In this document: one piece after another, positions 9,642-17,336 of the stretch
How positions within the stretch are numbered: the stretch's first letter is position 1
Layout of the letters: every line of letters starts with the position of its first letter
Source: Ignicoccus hospitalis KIN4/I
Lineage (GTDB): Archaea; Thermoproteota; Thermoprotei_A; Sulfolobales; Ignicoccaceae
Assembly (NCBI RefSeq): GCF_000017945.1
Contig: NC_009776.1
Span: 1,265,539-1,297,538 of the forward strand
DNA: 32,000 nucleotides
Direction of reading: 5' to 3'
The notes under the pieces: generated by a model
The model's input: only the letters and a program-made list of their open reading frames with translations
Told to the model about the DNA's origin: nothing
Database searches by the model: none
Translations under genes and position numbers: made by a program

Positions 9642-10361
9642 TCACCCTTCGCTCGACTTCTTATGGAACCTCGCGTATATCATTGCGTGGTCTTTGTCGA
9701 AGGGGTCTAAGTGCACTATGTCTAGGATCTCGAAGCCCCTGGACTTCAGCACTCCTATCTCCCTCTTGAACACCTCCTCCGGGCTCTTGGTGACGTCAAC
9801 GCTTCTGGCCTTTATTGCCATTAACATGTAGCCTCCATCCTTTAGGAAGAAGTCCGCGTTATCGGCGACTATCTCCGCTTGGTTGGGCTGGGCCACGTCC
9901 GCGTACAGGCCGTCGACCAGCTCCGCCAAGTGACGGTACTCGCGCGGCTTCCTCGCGTCGCCCAGTATGGGGAAGATGTTCTTCCTTATTTCGGCCAAGT
10001 TTACGAACTCCCTCATAACTCTAGGAGCGAACTCTACGCCGTAGAGCCTTCCCTCTTCACCTATAATGTCGGAGATGTGGCTGGGAGTAGTTCCGGTCGC
10101 GGCCCCTAGGTAGAGTATGGAGTCGCCGGGCTTTATCGGAAGCTCTTCCAATCCCTTGACCAAAGCGGCTGCTAACTTTGAACGCTGGACGTTCCACTCG
10201 CGGTACTCCTCGCCTTGCCACTGGAAGAGCTTCTCGCCGTAGACTCTGTGCCCGGGCGTCAAGTTCTTAGTCGCCAAGCGCACGCTGCCATCCTCCAGCT
10301 CTACGACGTACACATTCTTGTATTGAGGGTGTTCGTAAACGTTAACGACCTCTATTGGCAT
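9642..10361 (-). CDS. flpA: fibrillarin-like rRNA/tRNA 2'-O-methyltransferase
   Basis: [92 protein letters not shown]. Confidence 0.95.
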   Translation of the reverse strand: MPIEVVNVYEHPQYKNVYVVELEDGSVRLATKNLTPGHRVYGEKLFQWQGEEYREWNVQRSKLAAALVKGLEELPIKPGDSILYLGAATGTTPSHISDIIGEEGRLYGVEFAPRVMREFVNLAEIRKNIFPILGDARKPREYRHLAELVDGLYADVAQPNQAEIVADNADFFLKDGGYMLMAIKARSVDVTKSPEEVFKREIGVLKSRGFEILDIVHLDPFDKDHAMIYARFHKKSSEG

Positions 10362-10413
10362 GCCCTTTCTGGCCCCCGCGGAGCTGCCCTCTATGGTATA
10401 AAAACTGCGAGGG

Positions 10414-10434
10414 CTCTCGAGAGGAGCTCGAGAG
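10414..10434. repeat. 8-bp perfect inverted repeat (hairpin)
   Basis: CTCTCGAG-AGGAG-CTCGAGAG between flpA and tRNA-Val. Confidence 0.7.
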
Positions 10435-10495
10435 ATAGGCGTCGTAGGGGAACGGCAAGGCTTGGAGGCTGAGCAAATGCGCGAGGAACGCGTGG

Positions 10496-10569
10496 TGGGG
10501 CCGCGGGGATTTGAACCCCGGACTACCGCCGTGTGAGGGCGGCGTCCTTCCGGGCTAGACGACGGCCCC
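10496..10569 (-). tRNA. tRNA-Val (anticodon CAC); CCA encoded at 10493-10495
   Basis: Reverse strand GGGGCCGTCGTCTAGCCCGGAAGGACGCCGCCCTCACACGGCGGTAGTCCGGGGTTCAAATCCCCGCGGCCCCA; anticodon loop CTCACAC. Confidence 0.95.
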
Positions 10570-10652
10570 GAACCCCGGTCTGCCAGGACCGGGTACCCTT
10601 TTAAAGTTTTGCGTTATGTTAATACGCCTTCCCTCAAGGTGAGCACTAGGAG

Positions 10653-11774
10653 ATGAAGGGCTTGAAGTGGAGTTTGGTGTTCCTCCTAGTATTCTCAGCG
10701 GTTTTAAACGCCGCCACGACGGTTAGCGTCTACTGGCTGGACGAGAAGAACAACGTAATGACCTTCGTAGACGGGTCGAAGGGCTACTACTCGCTCAAGT
10801 TATGTGTCGTGAGCTCCTCGGACGTCAGCGTCCACTTAACCTTAAGGGGCGACGCCTTCGGGGCCCCGAAGTATTACGAAGCCATCTTGAAGACCCAACG
10901 CGGCAAGGCTTGTAAGGACGTCTTACTCTACTTCGGCGAGAGGCCGAGCACGACTGAGAGGTCCTACGACGTGGTTATAAATGCCAACAACGTGAACGGA
11001 ATATATGCCGACGTAGAGGTGAACGGAGTAAAACTCGAGAGGCTTGGCTACCTAAGGGTTCTGAGGCTCGGAGGTTCCGAGCTGACGCGCTGTCTGAAGG
11101 TCAACTCCAACGTTACGTACCCCTTCATCGGGGAGCACGTGAAGTTAGCGGTCTCCAACTCTTGTGGAACCCCGTTGGACGTCACCGTTAAGGTCGACGT
11201 TGAGAACTTCGCCGACTTCGACCTCGCTAGCTTCGTCCTAGCGTCCAACGAGAAGAGGGAGATAAACGTCACGGTTCCCAAACTCGTGGCAGTAAACTTG
11301 CTGGGCCCCTTGGGCGGGCCGGCCGTAGCCGTCCGAGGTCTCTACGTCTCCATCAACGGGACTGCACTGTATTACGTCCCAGTGTACGACTACTTCACCT
11401 ACTACGTTAAGCAGAACGTCAAGTCAGAATGGCGCTCCGGGGGCAGAGCGCTAAAGGCCGTTGGGCCCGGAGAGGTGGTCACGGGCTGTGCGTCGTTGCC
11501 GGAAGTGGTGCCCAGAACTGAGGTTCCCCCGCTGGAAGCCTCCTTAAAGGTTGTGGAGGACTTGAGTTTCGCCCCGGACGAGGTAGTAGCGAAAAAGAAC
11601 TTTGTAATAGATAAGTTGCCGTTCAAAGAGTGTGTGAGCTTCGTTACCGAAAAGAGGTGGAACACTAAGGGTTACAAACTAGTCTTGGAAGTCTCAGAGG
11701 ACGTCGAGGTTATGAGAGGAAAAGTCCCGTTGAGGGTGAGCGTCGAACTAAGCCCGGAGCTCGCCGTACGCTAA
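10653..11774 (+). CDS. secreted hypothetical protein with signal peptide
   Basis: MKGLKWSLVFLLVFSAVLNAATTVSVYW: signal peptide-like N-terminus followed by beta-rich sequence; no recognised family; no obvious C-terminal TM. Confidence 0.75.
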   Translation: MKGLKWSLVFLLVFSAVLNAATTVSVYWLDEKNNVMTFVDGSKGYYSLKLCVVSSSDVSVHLTLRGDAFGAPKYYEAILKTQRGKACKDVLLYFGERPSTTERSYDVVINANNVNGIYADVEVNGVKLERLGYLRVLRLGGSELTRCLKVNSNVTYPFIGEHVKLAVSNSCGTPLDVTVKVDVENFADFDLASFVLASNEKREINVTVPKLVAVNLLGPLGGPAVAVRGLYVSINGTALYYVPVYDYFTYYVKQNVKSEWRSGGRALKAVGPGEVVTGCASLPEVVPRTEVPPLEASLKVVEDLSFAPDEVVAKKNFVIDKLPFKECVSFVTEKRWNTKGYKLVLEVSEDVEVMRGKVPLRVSVELSPELAVR

Positions 11775-11807
11775 TTTTTAAACGCGTCTCGTTTTTACTA
11801 GCCTGCA

Positions 11808-13079
11808 ATGAAGATATACTACGAGACCTACGGCTGCGCAGTGATGCTCGGCGAAGCCGAGAGGGTGCTAGAGGAGCTGAAGAGCAAAGGATACGAAGTT
11901 GTAGGGAGGCCCGAGGAGGCGGACGCGTCCATAATATTTACTTGCACAGTGAGGTCAGAAACCGAACAGAGGATGGCATGGCGCATAAAGGAGCTTTGCA
12001 AGGCTAGCAAGAAGTTGATCGTGACTGGCTGCCTCGCCAGCGCCCAACCGGGACTAGTGAAGATGGTCTGTCCCAGGGCGTCCATCGTCTCTAACTCTTC
12101 GTTACACGAAATTGAGCTTGCCTTAAAGGGGGAGAAGAAGTACCTACTCAAGGGGCAGAGGCCCAGGGACTGGCTCAAGGGCGTAACGCCCGGCGGCTTT
12201 AGGGTAGTAATCCCCATCGCCGACGGCTGCTTGGGCAATTGTACTTTCTGTATAACCAAAGTGGCCAGGCCGCGGCTTGTAAGCCAAAGGCCAGACTCCA
12301 TAATCGAATACGCGCTCAAGGGCGTCAAGAGGGGCGCCAAGGAGATCTGGTTGACGGCGCCGGACGTAGCGGCCTACGGCAAGGAGATCGGTTTAGAATT
12401 GCCAGATCTGTTAGAGAAATTGTTGAAAGTCTTGCCGGAAAATGTATACGTCAGGGTAGGCATGATGAGTCCAGACACCTTTCGCGAGGTAATGGATAGA
12501 ACTATAGACGTCATGAGGGATCCAAGAGTCTTCAAGTTCTTTCACTTACCGCTCCAGAGCGCCAGCGACAAGGTGTTGAGGTTAATGGGAAGGAGGTATA
12601 CGTACTCGGAGTTTGTAGAGATAGTCAACAAGGTGAGAAAGGCCTTCAACGACCCCACTATAGCCACTGACGTCATGGTCGGCTTCCCCGGCGAGGAAGA
12701 GGACGATTTCGAGTTGACGCTTAAGGCGTTGAGGGAGTTGGCCTTCGAGAGGGTTCACCTAGCCGCCTATACTCCGAGGCCCCTAACCTTGGGGGCCCGG
12801 ATGCCCCAAGTAAGGGAGGACGTTAAGTCCAGGCGCGTTAAGAGGGCCATGAACGTGATAGAGGCCGTAGGCGTTGAGGTTCACAAGAGGTACGTCGGCG
12901 GGAAGTTTAAGGCATTTGTGGACGAGTACGACCAGAAGCACGGGACCTTTGTGGCGAGGCTCTGGAACTACACGCCGGTGGTCCTAAGGGAGGAGAGCTC
13001 CTTAGGGGAAGAGATAGTAGTTAAAATTGAAGGCGCCACGTTCTACGACCTAAGGGGTACCGTTTGGTCAGTAAGCTAG
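11808..13079 (+). CDS. radical SAM tRNA methylthiotransferase, MiaB/CDKAL1 (e-MtaB) type
   Basis: YETYGCAVMLGEAERVLEELKSKGY, CTVRSETE, DGCLGNCTFCITKVARPRLVSQRP radical-SAM CxxxCxxC, VGFPGEEEDDFELTL. Confidence 0.92.
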   Translation: MKIYYETYGCAVMLGEAERVLEELKSKGYEVVGRPEEADASIIFTCTVRSETEQRMAWRIKELCKASKKLIVTGCLASAQPGLVKMVCPRASIVSNSSLHEIELALKGEKKYLLKGQRPRDWLKGVTPGGFRVVIPIADGCLGNCTFCITKVARPRLVSQRPDSIIEYALKGVKRGAKEIWLTAPDVAAYGKEIGLELPDLLEKLLKVLPENVYVRVGMMSPDTFREVMDRTIDVMRDPRVFKFFHLPLQSASDKVLRLMGRRYTYSEFVEIVNKVRKAFNDPTIATDVMVGFPGEEEDDFELTLKALRELAFERVHLAAYTPRPLTLGARMPQVREDVKSRRVKRAMNVIEAVGVEVHKRYVGGKFKAFVDEYDQKHGTFVARLWNYTPVVLREESSLGEEIVVKIEGATFYDLRGTVWSVS

Positions 13080-13579
13080 CGGCTTGGGCGATAGCGCATT
13101 TCATAGTGGTAGCATTCATAATAGTTCACGTTACGTGTCGGACGAACGCGTACGTACTCAGAACACACTTGTTAGAGTTAGCCCCGCTCGCGCTCCTATC
13201 TCTCCTCATTCCGAGACGATATAAGGACTACTATTTCGTATTCCTGCTCTACTACTTCTTAACGACCTCATTAACATTCAATAATTGGATCGTCGCTCTG
13301 CCGAACTACATGGCGAGAGAAAACGTAGTGTGGGGCCTTACTGCGCTCGCGTTTGCGTTCATATCTCTCGTTTTCGGTAGGAGCTTAAGAAAGGCGCTTA
13401 TGTTGGGCTCCTTCCTCTCGGGCGTAGCTTACTACTTTATCAAGGACGGTTTGTTATTAGTATTACACTTATCGTTCGCGCTTTCTTTTATCATAGCGCT
13501 CTTTGCTGACCTCCACTTTATTGTCTGGTCGGTTAATTATATCACCTACGCGCTCAGACGCCTCCAGGGAACTGTATGA
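13064..13579 (+). CDS. multi-spanning membrane protein, hypothetical
   Basis: Hydrophobic ORF with several predicted TM segments; start overlaps the end of the methylthiotransferase and its end overlaps the start of the next gene. Confidence 0.65.
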   Translation: MVSKLAAWAIAHFIVVAFIIVHVTCRTNAYVLRTHLLELAPLALLSLLIPRRYKDYYFVFLLYYFLTTSLTFNNWIVALPNYMARENVVWGLTALAFAFISLVFGRSLRKALMLGSFLSGVAYYFIKDGLLLVLHLSFALSFIIALFADLHFIVWSVNYITYALRRLQGTV

Positions 13580-14625
13580 TAGAACTCCTCTTCGCGTTGG
13601 CGTGTAGCAACGTCAGCGTCGGCGCAAGTCTCCCTTCTCCCTTCGTACAAGCGGTTCTGAAGGACTACTCCAACTATACTTTAGTGATATACGGCATTGA
13701 TGAAGGCATTCCTTGTATTAAGTTGAGGACGTTCCTCAGCGACCTCTCAGAGCTATACGGCTTCAAAGTTGTTTGGGTTTCCGTGAGCAAAGGAGTGCCG
13801 AAAAACGCGACGGCAGTAAGTGTAGCCGAGGACTTCGGCTTACCTTACGTCCCGATAACGGGGGTTTACTGCGGGAGAAAGTTGGTTGCGGTCGTAGTGG
13901 GGGACGTAGAGAACTCGACGTTCTGGTTGGAGGAGGTCATGAAGTGTACGAACGTGACTAGGGTTTACGAAGGTCAGAAGCTCTTGGGCACGTGGAGGCC
14001 CTCCGCCCGCGCGCTTAACGGCCCCGTCCTCATCTTGGCTTTGGTGGACTCCCTAAACCCCGTGGGACTCATGGTCTTCACGTTCTATATCCTGGCTTGC
14101 AAGAACGTGAAGAAGAGGTGTTCTTGGGACGCCTTGGCGTTCGTCGTTGCCTATACGTTTACACACGTCGCGCTCGGCGTCGCGCTCTCCCTCGTGCCGG
14201 CCTCGCCGTATTACCCCGTCATAGGGGCGATCGTGAGCTTAATGGTAATAGTATCTTCAATTAAACCGAACAAGAAGATAAGGTCGTTGACCGCTTGGGC
14301 GTCGTCAACGCTCAACTCTCTAGTCCTCAAGAGGGCTTCGCCGGCAGTCTTAGGCCTTCTGGCCGGGAGCGTGGGGACCTCGCCTTGCGTGCTGGGAGCC
14401 TTCTTGAGCGCGGCCTCTCTAATAGGCAACAACTTGATTATGTGGGGTGCATACGCGATGATATATGCCGCCGCGCCGACGGTGATATTCATCATAGTTA
14501 ACCGGGGTAAAGTTGTAGATCCCAGGAAAGTGGTACTCCCGTTGGCCACAATATCGTTGCTAATATCGGTCTACCTCGCAGCGGTCAACTTGGGTTTCGT
14601 TAGCTTTACCTTAACGCTACGCTAA
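13576..14625 (+). CDS. thioredoxin-like plus CcdA/DsbD-like transmembrane protein
   Basis: Signal-like N-terminus, a Trx/glutaredoxin-like segment (GIPCIKLRTFLSDLSEL...YVPITGVYCGRKL), then a six-helix-like region with ALVDSLNPVGLMVFTFYILA and GLLAGSVGTSPCVLGAFLSAASL, resembling the inverted repeats of CcdA-type proteins. Confidence 0.65.
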   Translation: MIELLFALACSNVSVGASLPSPFVQAVLKDYSNYTLVIYGIDEGIPCIKLRTFLSDLSELYGFKVVWVSVSKGVPKNATAVSVAEDFGLPYVPITGVYCGRKLVAVVVGDVENSTFWLEEVMKCTNVTRVYEGQKLLGTWRPSARALNGPVLILALVDSLNPVGLMVFTFYILACKNVKKRCSWDALAFVVAYTFTHVALGVALSLVPASPYYPVIGAIVSLMVIVSSIKPNKKIRSLTAWASSTLNSLVLKRASPAVLGLLAGSVGTSPCVLGAFLSAASLIGNNLIMWGAYAMIYAAAPTVIFIIVNRGKVVDPRKVVLPLATISLLISVYLAAVNLGFVSFTLTLR

Positions 14626-15423
14626 GACCTCGGGGACCTCTTCCTTTAGCAGCTCCTTCACCGCCCTAGCGACGCCCCTTATTTCCCACTGGGCCTTAGG
14701 GTGGTCCCTCAGCTCTATTATGTGGAGCCACTCCCTCAAGTTAGCGGTAACCAACATTGACGTCCTTATAGCTTGAGGGAGCAAGAAGCGACAGTCCTCC
14801 ATGGGAGCGGAGGAGCGACACAAGGCGTAGGAGTAGAGGGAGTGCATCATTGAGAGTACGGCAGTCGCCCTCTCTACGCTCTCCGGTATAACGAACAGCT
14901 CTCCTACTATCTCCTCTAACTTTTTAGACAATTCTTTACAGCCTATACCTCTTTCTTCTAAATCCTTTATAATTAACCTCTCTTCAAACTCACTTAAGTC
15001 TTGCGAACTCGCGTTTAATACCTTAATTATTTCGTCCCACCCCAACTCTTTTCCGAAAGCTTTTTTGAAGGCTTTCAATATCCTGACTTCCGAGTAGCGC
15101 TGGCTCTCTTGGGTCACGCTCAGCAGCCGGTGGCGCACTAGCTGGTGAGAGCAAACCCTGGAACACCCCTCAATGAAAAACGTGAAGACCGAATGTTCCA
15201 ACACGCTCGGGAAGGAGTCCTTCGCCTCCTTGAGCCAGTTGCTCCAACCCTCTTTCCACTCGCTCTTAAGGTAGTATTCAATACCCTTCTCTTGAGCCTT
15301 CCCCGTAGAGACCTTCACGGCCAACAGAGGTAGCCTCCTCGGATCGTCGAAGTTCTTAGCGACCAAACACACAACAGTCCTCTCGTCTGAATGAGAGGCC
15401 TTACATCGGACGCGGTTTGCCAT
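14617..15423 (-). CDS. thyX: flavin-dependent thymidylate synthase ThyX
   Basis: CSHQLVRHRLLSVTQESQRYSE contains the RHRX7S ThyX motif; further FLLPQAIRTSMLVTANLREWLHIIELR. Confidence 0.95.
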   Translation of the reverse strand: MANRVRCKASHSDERTVVCLVAKNFDDPRRLPLLAVKVSTGKAQEKGIEYYLKSEWKEGWSNWLKEAKDSFPSVLEHSVFTFFIEGCSRVCSHQLVRHRLLSVTQESQRYSEVRILKAFKKAFGKELGWDEIIKVLNASSQDLSEFEERLIIKDLEERGIGCKELSKKLEEIVGELFVIPESVERATAVLSMMHSLYSYALCRSSAPMEDCRFLLPQAIRTSMLVTANLREWLHIIELRDHPKAQWEIRGVARAVKELLKEEVPEVLA

Positions 15424-15459
15424 GGCTTCAGAACCCCATCCTAATTGTTATAAAGTCTT

Positions 15460-15720
15460 TTGAGGGTCACGGCGCCGGGGAGCACAGTGTCGTACGGCGG
15501 GATGTACGGGGTCAACGCCCAAGGGCATAAGGGCTGGATTACTGTTAGGTGTGCTATACACGCCCGCTACGCCGACGTGAGCAAGGAGCCCGTGTACAAG
15601 TGTCCTAAGTGTACTCCGAAGTACAACGTTTACTTCTGTGCCGAAGAGTACAGGGAGCTGGGCGGAAGGTGTCCCTACTGCAGGACCAAGCTCGTTCCAG
15701 TAATTTCCCTCAATGAGTGA
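15460..15720 (+). CDS. small zinc-ribbon-like hypothetical protein
   Basis: VRCAIHARYADVSKEPVYKCPKCTPKYNVYFCAEEYRELGGRCPYCRTKLVPV: CPKC and CPYC knuckles. Confidence 0.65.
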   Translation: MRVTAPGSTVSYGGMYGVNAQGHKGWITVRCAIHARYADVSKEPVYKCPKCTPKYNVYFCAEEYRELGGRCPYCRTKLVPVISLNE

Positions 15721-16025
15721 GAGCATTGAAGAAGTTTTTATGTAACGACCACTGGAGGGTCCTCGTCCTAGAAGGGAACGACTGTAACTTAGTGGTAGTA
15801 GACGTCTATAAGAGGGGGGCGCGCGGTCAACCGATAATCCAAGGACCTCCGGACCTCCTCTCCGAAAGGCTCGAAGGCGCAGAGGTCCAAGCGATTATGG
15901 GAGAAGCCATCTTTGTTAAGTTCTGTGTCGAAAAAGTGGGGAGGCCGGAGGAGTATTTCTTGAAGGCCCGCGAGCTCCTAGGTCTTGAAGCCCCTCAGCC
16001 AGTATGCGTCGAGGAAGAGCCTTGA
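15717..16025 (+). CDS. hypothetical protein
   Basis: 102-aa ORF; its start overlaps the upstream zinc-ribbon stop and its end overlaps the next ORF, consistent with one operon. Confidence 0.55.
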   Translation: MRALKKFLCNDHWRVLVLEGNDCNLVVVDVYKRGARGQPIIQGPPDLLSERLEGAEVQAIMGEAIFVKFCVEKVGRPEEYFLKARELLGLEAPQPVCVEEEP

Positions 16026-16477
16026 TTTGTGAGGTCTTAGCGGCCGCGGCACTGGTGACGGCGCTCGTAGCGCTCTACAAGGCTAACGACGTTGAGATAG
16101 AGGTAATAGAAAAGAAACTTGCCAAGAAGAGGGCCAAGAAGATAAGGAGGTACGTTTTAGTGCTCGTGTTATCCGAGAGACCTGAGGAGGTTGAGGAGGG
16201 CTGCGTGGAGGGCGCAGTGATAGAGTCGTTAAAGAGGGCCTATGGGACCATCGGCTTGGCTCTGACCGACCCCAAGTTGGCTTACTTCGACCCGGACCTC
16301 AAGGTGGCCATATTTAGGACGACTCTAGAAGGGGTCAAACTACTCTCCTCGTCCCTCTTGTACGTGGAAGAGGCGTGTGGAACTAAAGTAAACTTGATCT
16401 CACTCAGAGCCTTCGGGACCCTCGCCAGCGCCCGGGAGAAACTCCCTAAACTTGGAAAGTATGTCAAAAACCTCTAG
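16022..16477 (+). CDS. Pop5/RNase P component 2-like protein with N-terminal hydrophobic segment (tentative)
   Basis: IRRYVLVLVLSER..VEGAVIESLKRAYGTIGLALTDPKLAYFDPDLKVAIFRTTLEGVKLLSSSLLYVEEACGTKVNLISLRAFGTLASAREKL aligns by eye with the archaeal Pop5 pattern RY(I/V)xFEV..LGxxGxAxxNx..xxYxPxxxxGIIRCxxxxxxxVRxxLALIxxxxGxxxxxxVLGVSGTIKxAKxK. Start placed at TTG 16022 (TTGA overlap); the ORF track starts at 16004. Confidence 0.55.
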   Translation: MICEVLAAAALVTALVALYKANDVEIEVIEKKLAKKRAKKIRRYVLVLVLSERPEEVEEGCVEGAVIESLKRAYGTIGLALTDPKLAYFDPDLKVAIFRTTLEGVKLLSSSLLYVEEACGTKVNLISLRAFGTLASAREKLPKLGKYVKNL

Positions 16478-16753
16478 GAGGGACTCCACCTCATTCAAGC
16501 CCTTTTGCGTGAGCTCCACCACTACTCTGGGCCTCCCTTCCCCTAACTCCTTCTTTATATTGACCAGCCCCTCCTTCCTCAGCTTCTCCAAGTGCGACCA
16601 CGCGTTGCCCGGCGTGAGCCCCAAGTCCTCGTAAAGTTCCTTAAAGGTCACCGACCCCCTGCTGAGCAAGTATACCATTATAGCTATTTTCGTCAAGTTC
16701 AGCTTCTTATTTACTAATTCCCTTATTATGTCCATATCCTTTATTCTCGACAC
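16400..16753 (-). CDS. winged-helix transcriptional regulator (MarR/ArsR-like)
   Basis: NLTKIAIMVYLLSRGSVTFKELYEDLGLTPGNAWSHLEKLRKEGLVNIKKELGEGRPRVVVELTQKGLNEVESLLE: typical wHTH. True start may be internal to the ORF. Confidence 0.8.
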   Translation of the reverse strand: MSRIKDMDIIRELVNKKLNLTKIAIMVYLLSRGSVTFKELYEDLGLTPGNAWSHLEKLRKEGLVNIKKELGEGRPRVVVELTQKGLNEVESLLEVFDILSKFREFLPGAGEGPEGSE

Positions 16754-17336
16754 ATTTTTCAGCCTCCTCTAAGTTTATCAACACTTCGAAGAGGGTACTC
16801 ACGCTGTACGAGATAGAAAGAGTAACCGGAATTACAATGGGGTTGGTGGCTACGCTCAACATGCTCAAGCTTGCCAAAACTACCCCGCTTACTGCCTTTT
16901 CCCGCCTCATCATAAGTATTTTGATGAGCGAGATCAAGAAGAAGGGGATCGCCATAGTGGCGTAGGGTAGGCCGGGCCAAACGGGCGCCGCCAGCGTAAC
17001 CGCCGCCATCACGGGGAACAACAAGAAGTCCGGCGCCCGCGAGTCGCCCTCCCTGAGGCTAGCGATCTTAAATGTATACTTAAACGTCTTCTTAAACGTG
17101 TAAAACATAATTATGCTAAAGAATAACAACAACGTCATGAGTAATGCAGAGCCAACCTTGTAGTCCGAAACGAAAACGCTTGGGAAGAGCGCAGCGGTAA
17201 GGGCCGTCAGGGTTCCCCCTAAAGACAGCGTCAAGGAACTGAGGGCCTTAGCCAAGTAGGAGTTTCGACACGAGCTTATGTCTCTGAGTATCTCTGCGAC
17301 CCTCTCTAGCGCCTTCAGCCCCTCGTCGTCACTCAA
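16707..17336 (-). CDS. multi-spanning membrane protein, hypothetical
   Basis: Roughly 5-6 hydrophobic segments (e.g. VGSALLMTLLLFFSIIMFYTF, FLLFPVMAAVTLAAPVW); overlaps the start of the regulator. Confidence 0.65.
   Translation of the reverse strand: MSDDEGLKALERVAEILRDISSCRNSYLAKALSSLTLSLGGTLTALTAALFPSVFVSDYKVGSALLMTLLLFFSIIMFYTFKKTFKYTFKIASLREGDSRAPDFLLFPVMAAVTLAAPVWPGLPYATMAIPFFLISLIKILMMRREKAVSGVVLASLSMLSVATNPIVIPVTLSISYSVSTLFEVLINLEEAEKCVENKGYGHNKGISK

Noticed and set aside
10574-10593. CCCGGTC-TGCCAG-GACCGGG inverted repeat upstream of tRNA-Val
   Set aside because: A real 7-bp stem, but lies between TATA and the tRNA start in GC-rich DNA; probably incidental, and outside most of the predicted transcript.
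15448-15726. 92-aa minus-strand ORF opposite the zinc-ribbon protein
   Set aside because: Exact shadow of the plus-strand ORF, which has CPKC/CPYC motifs.
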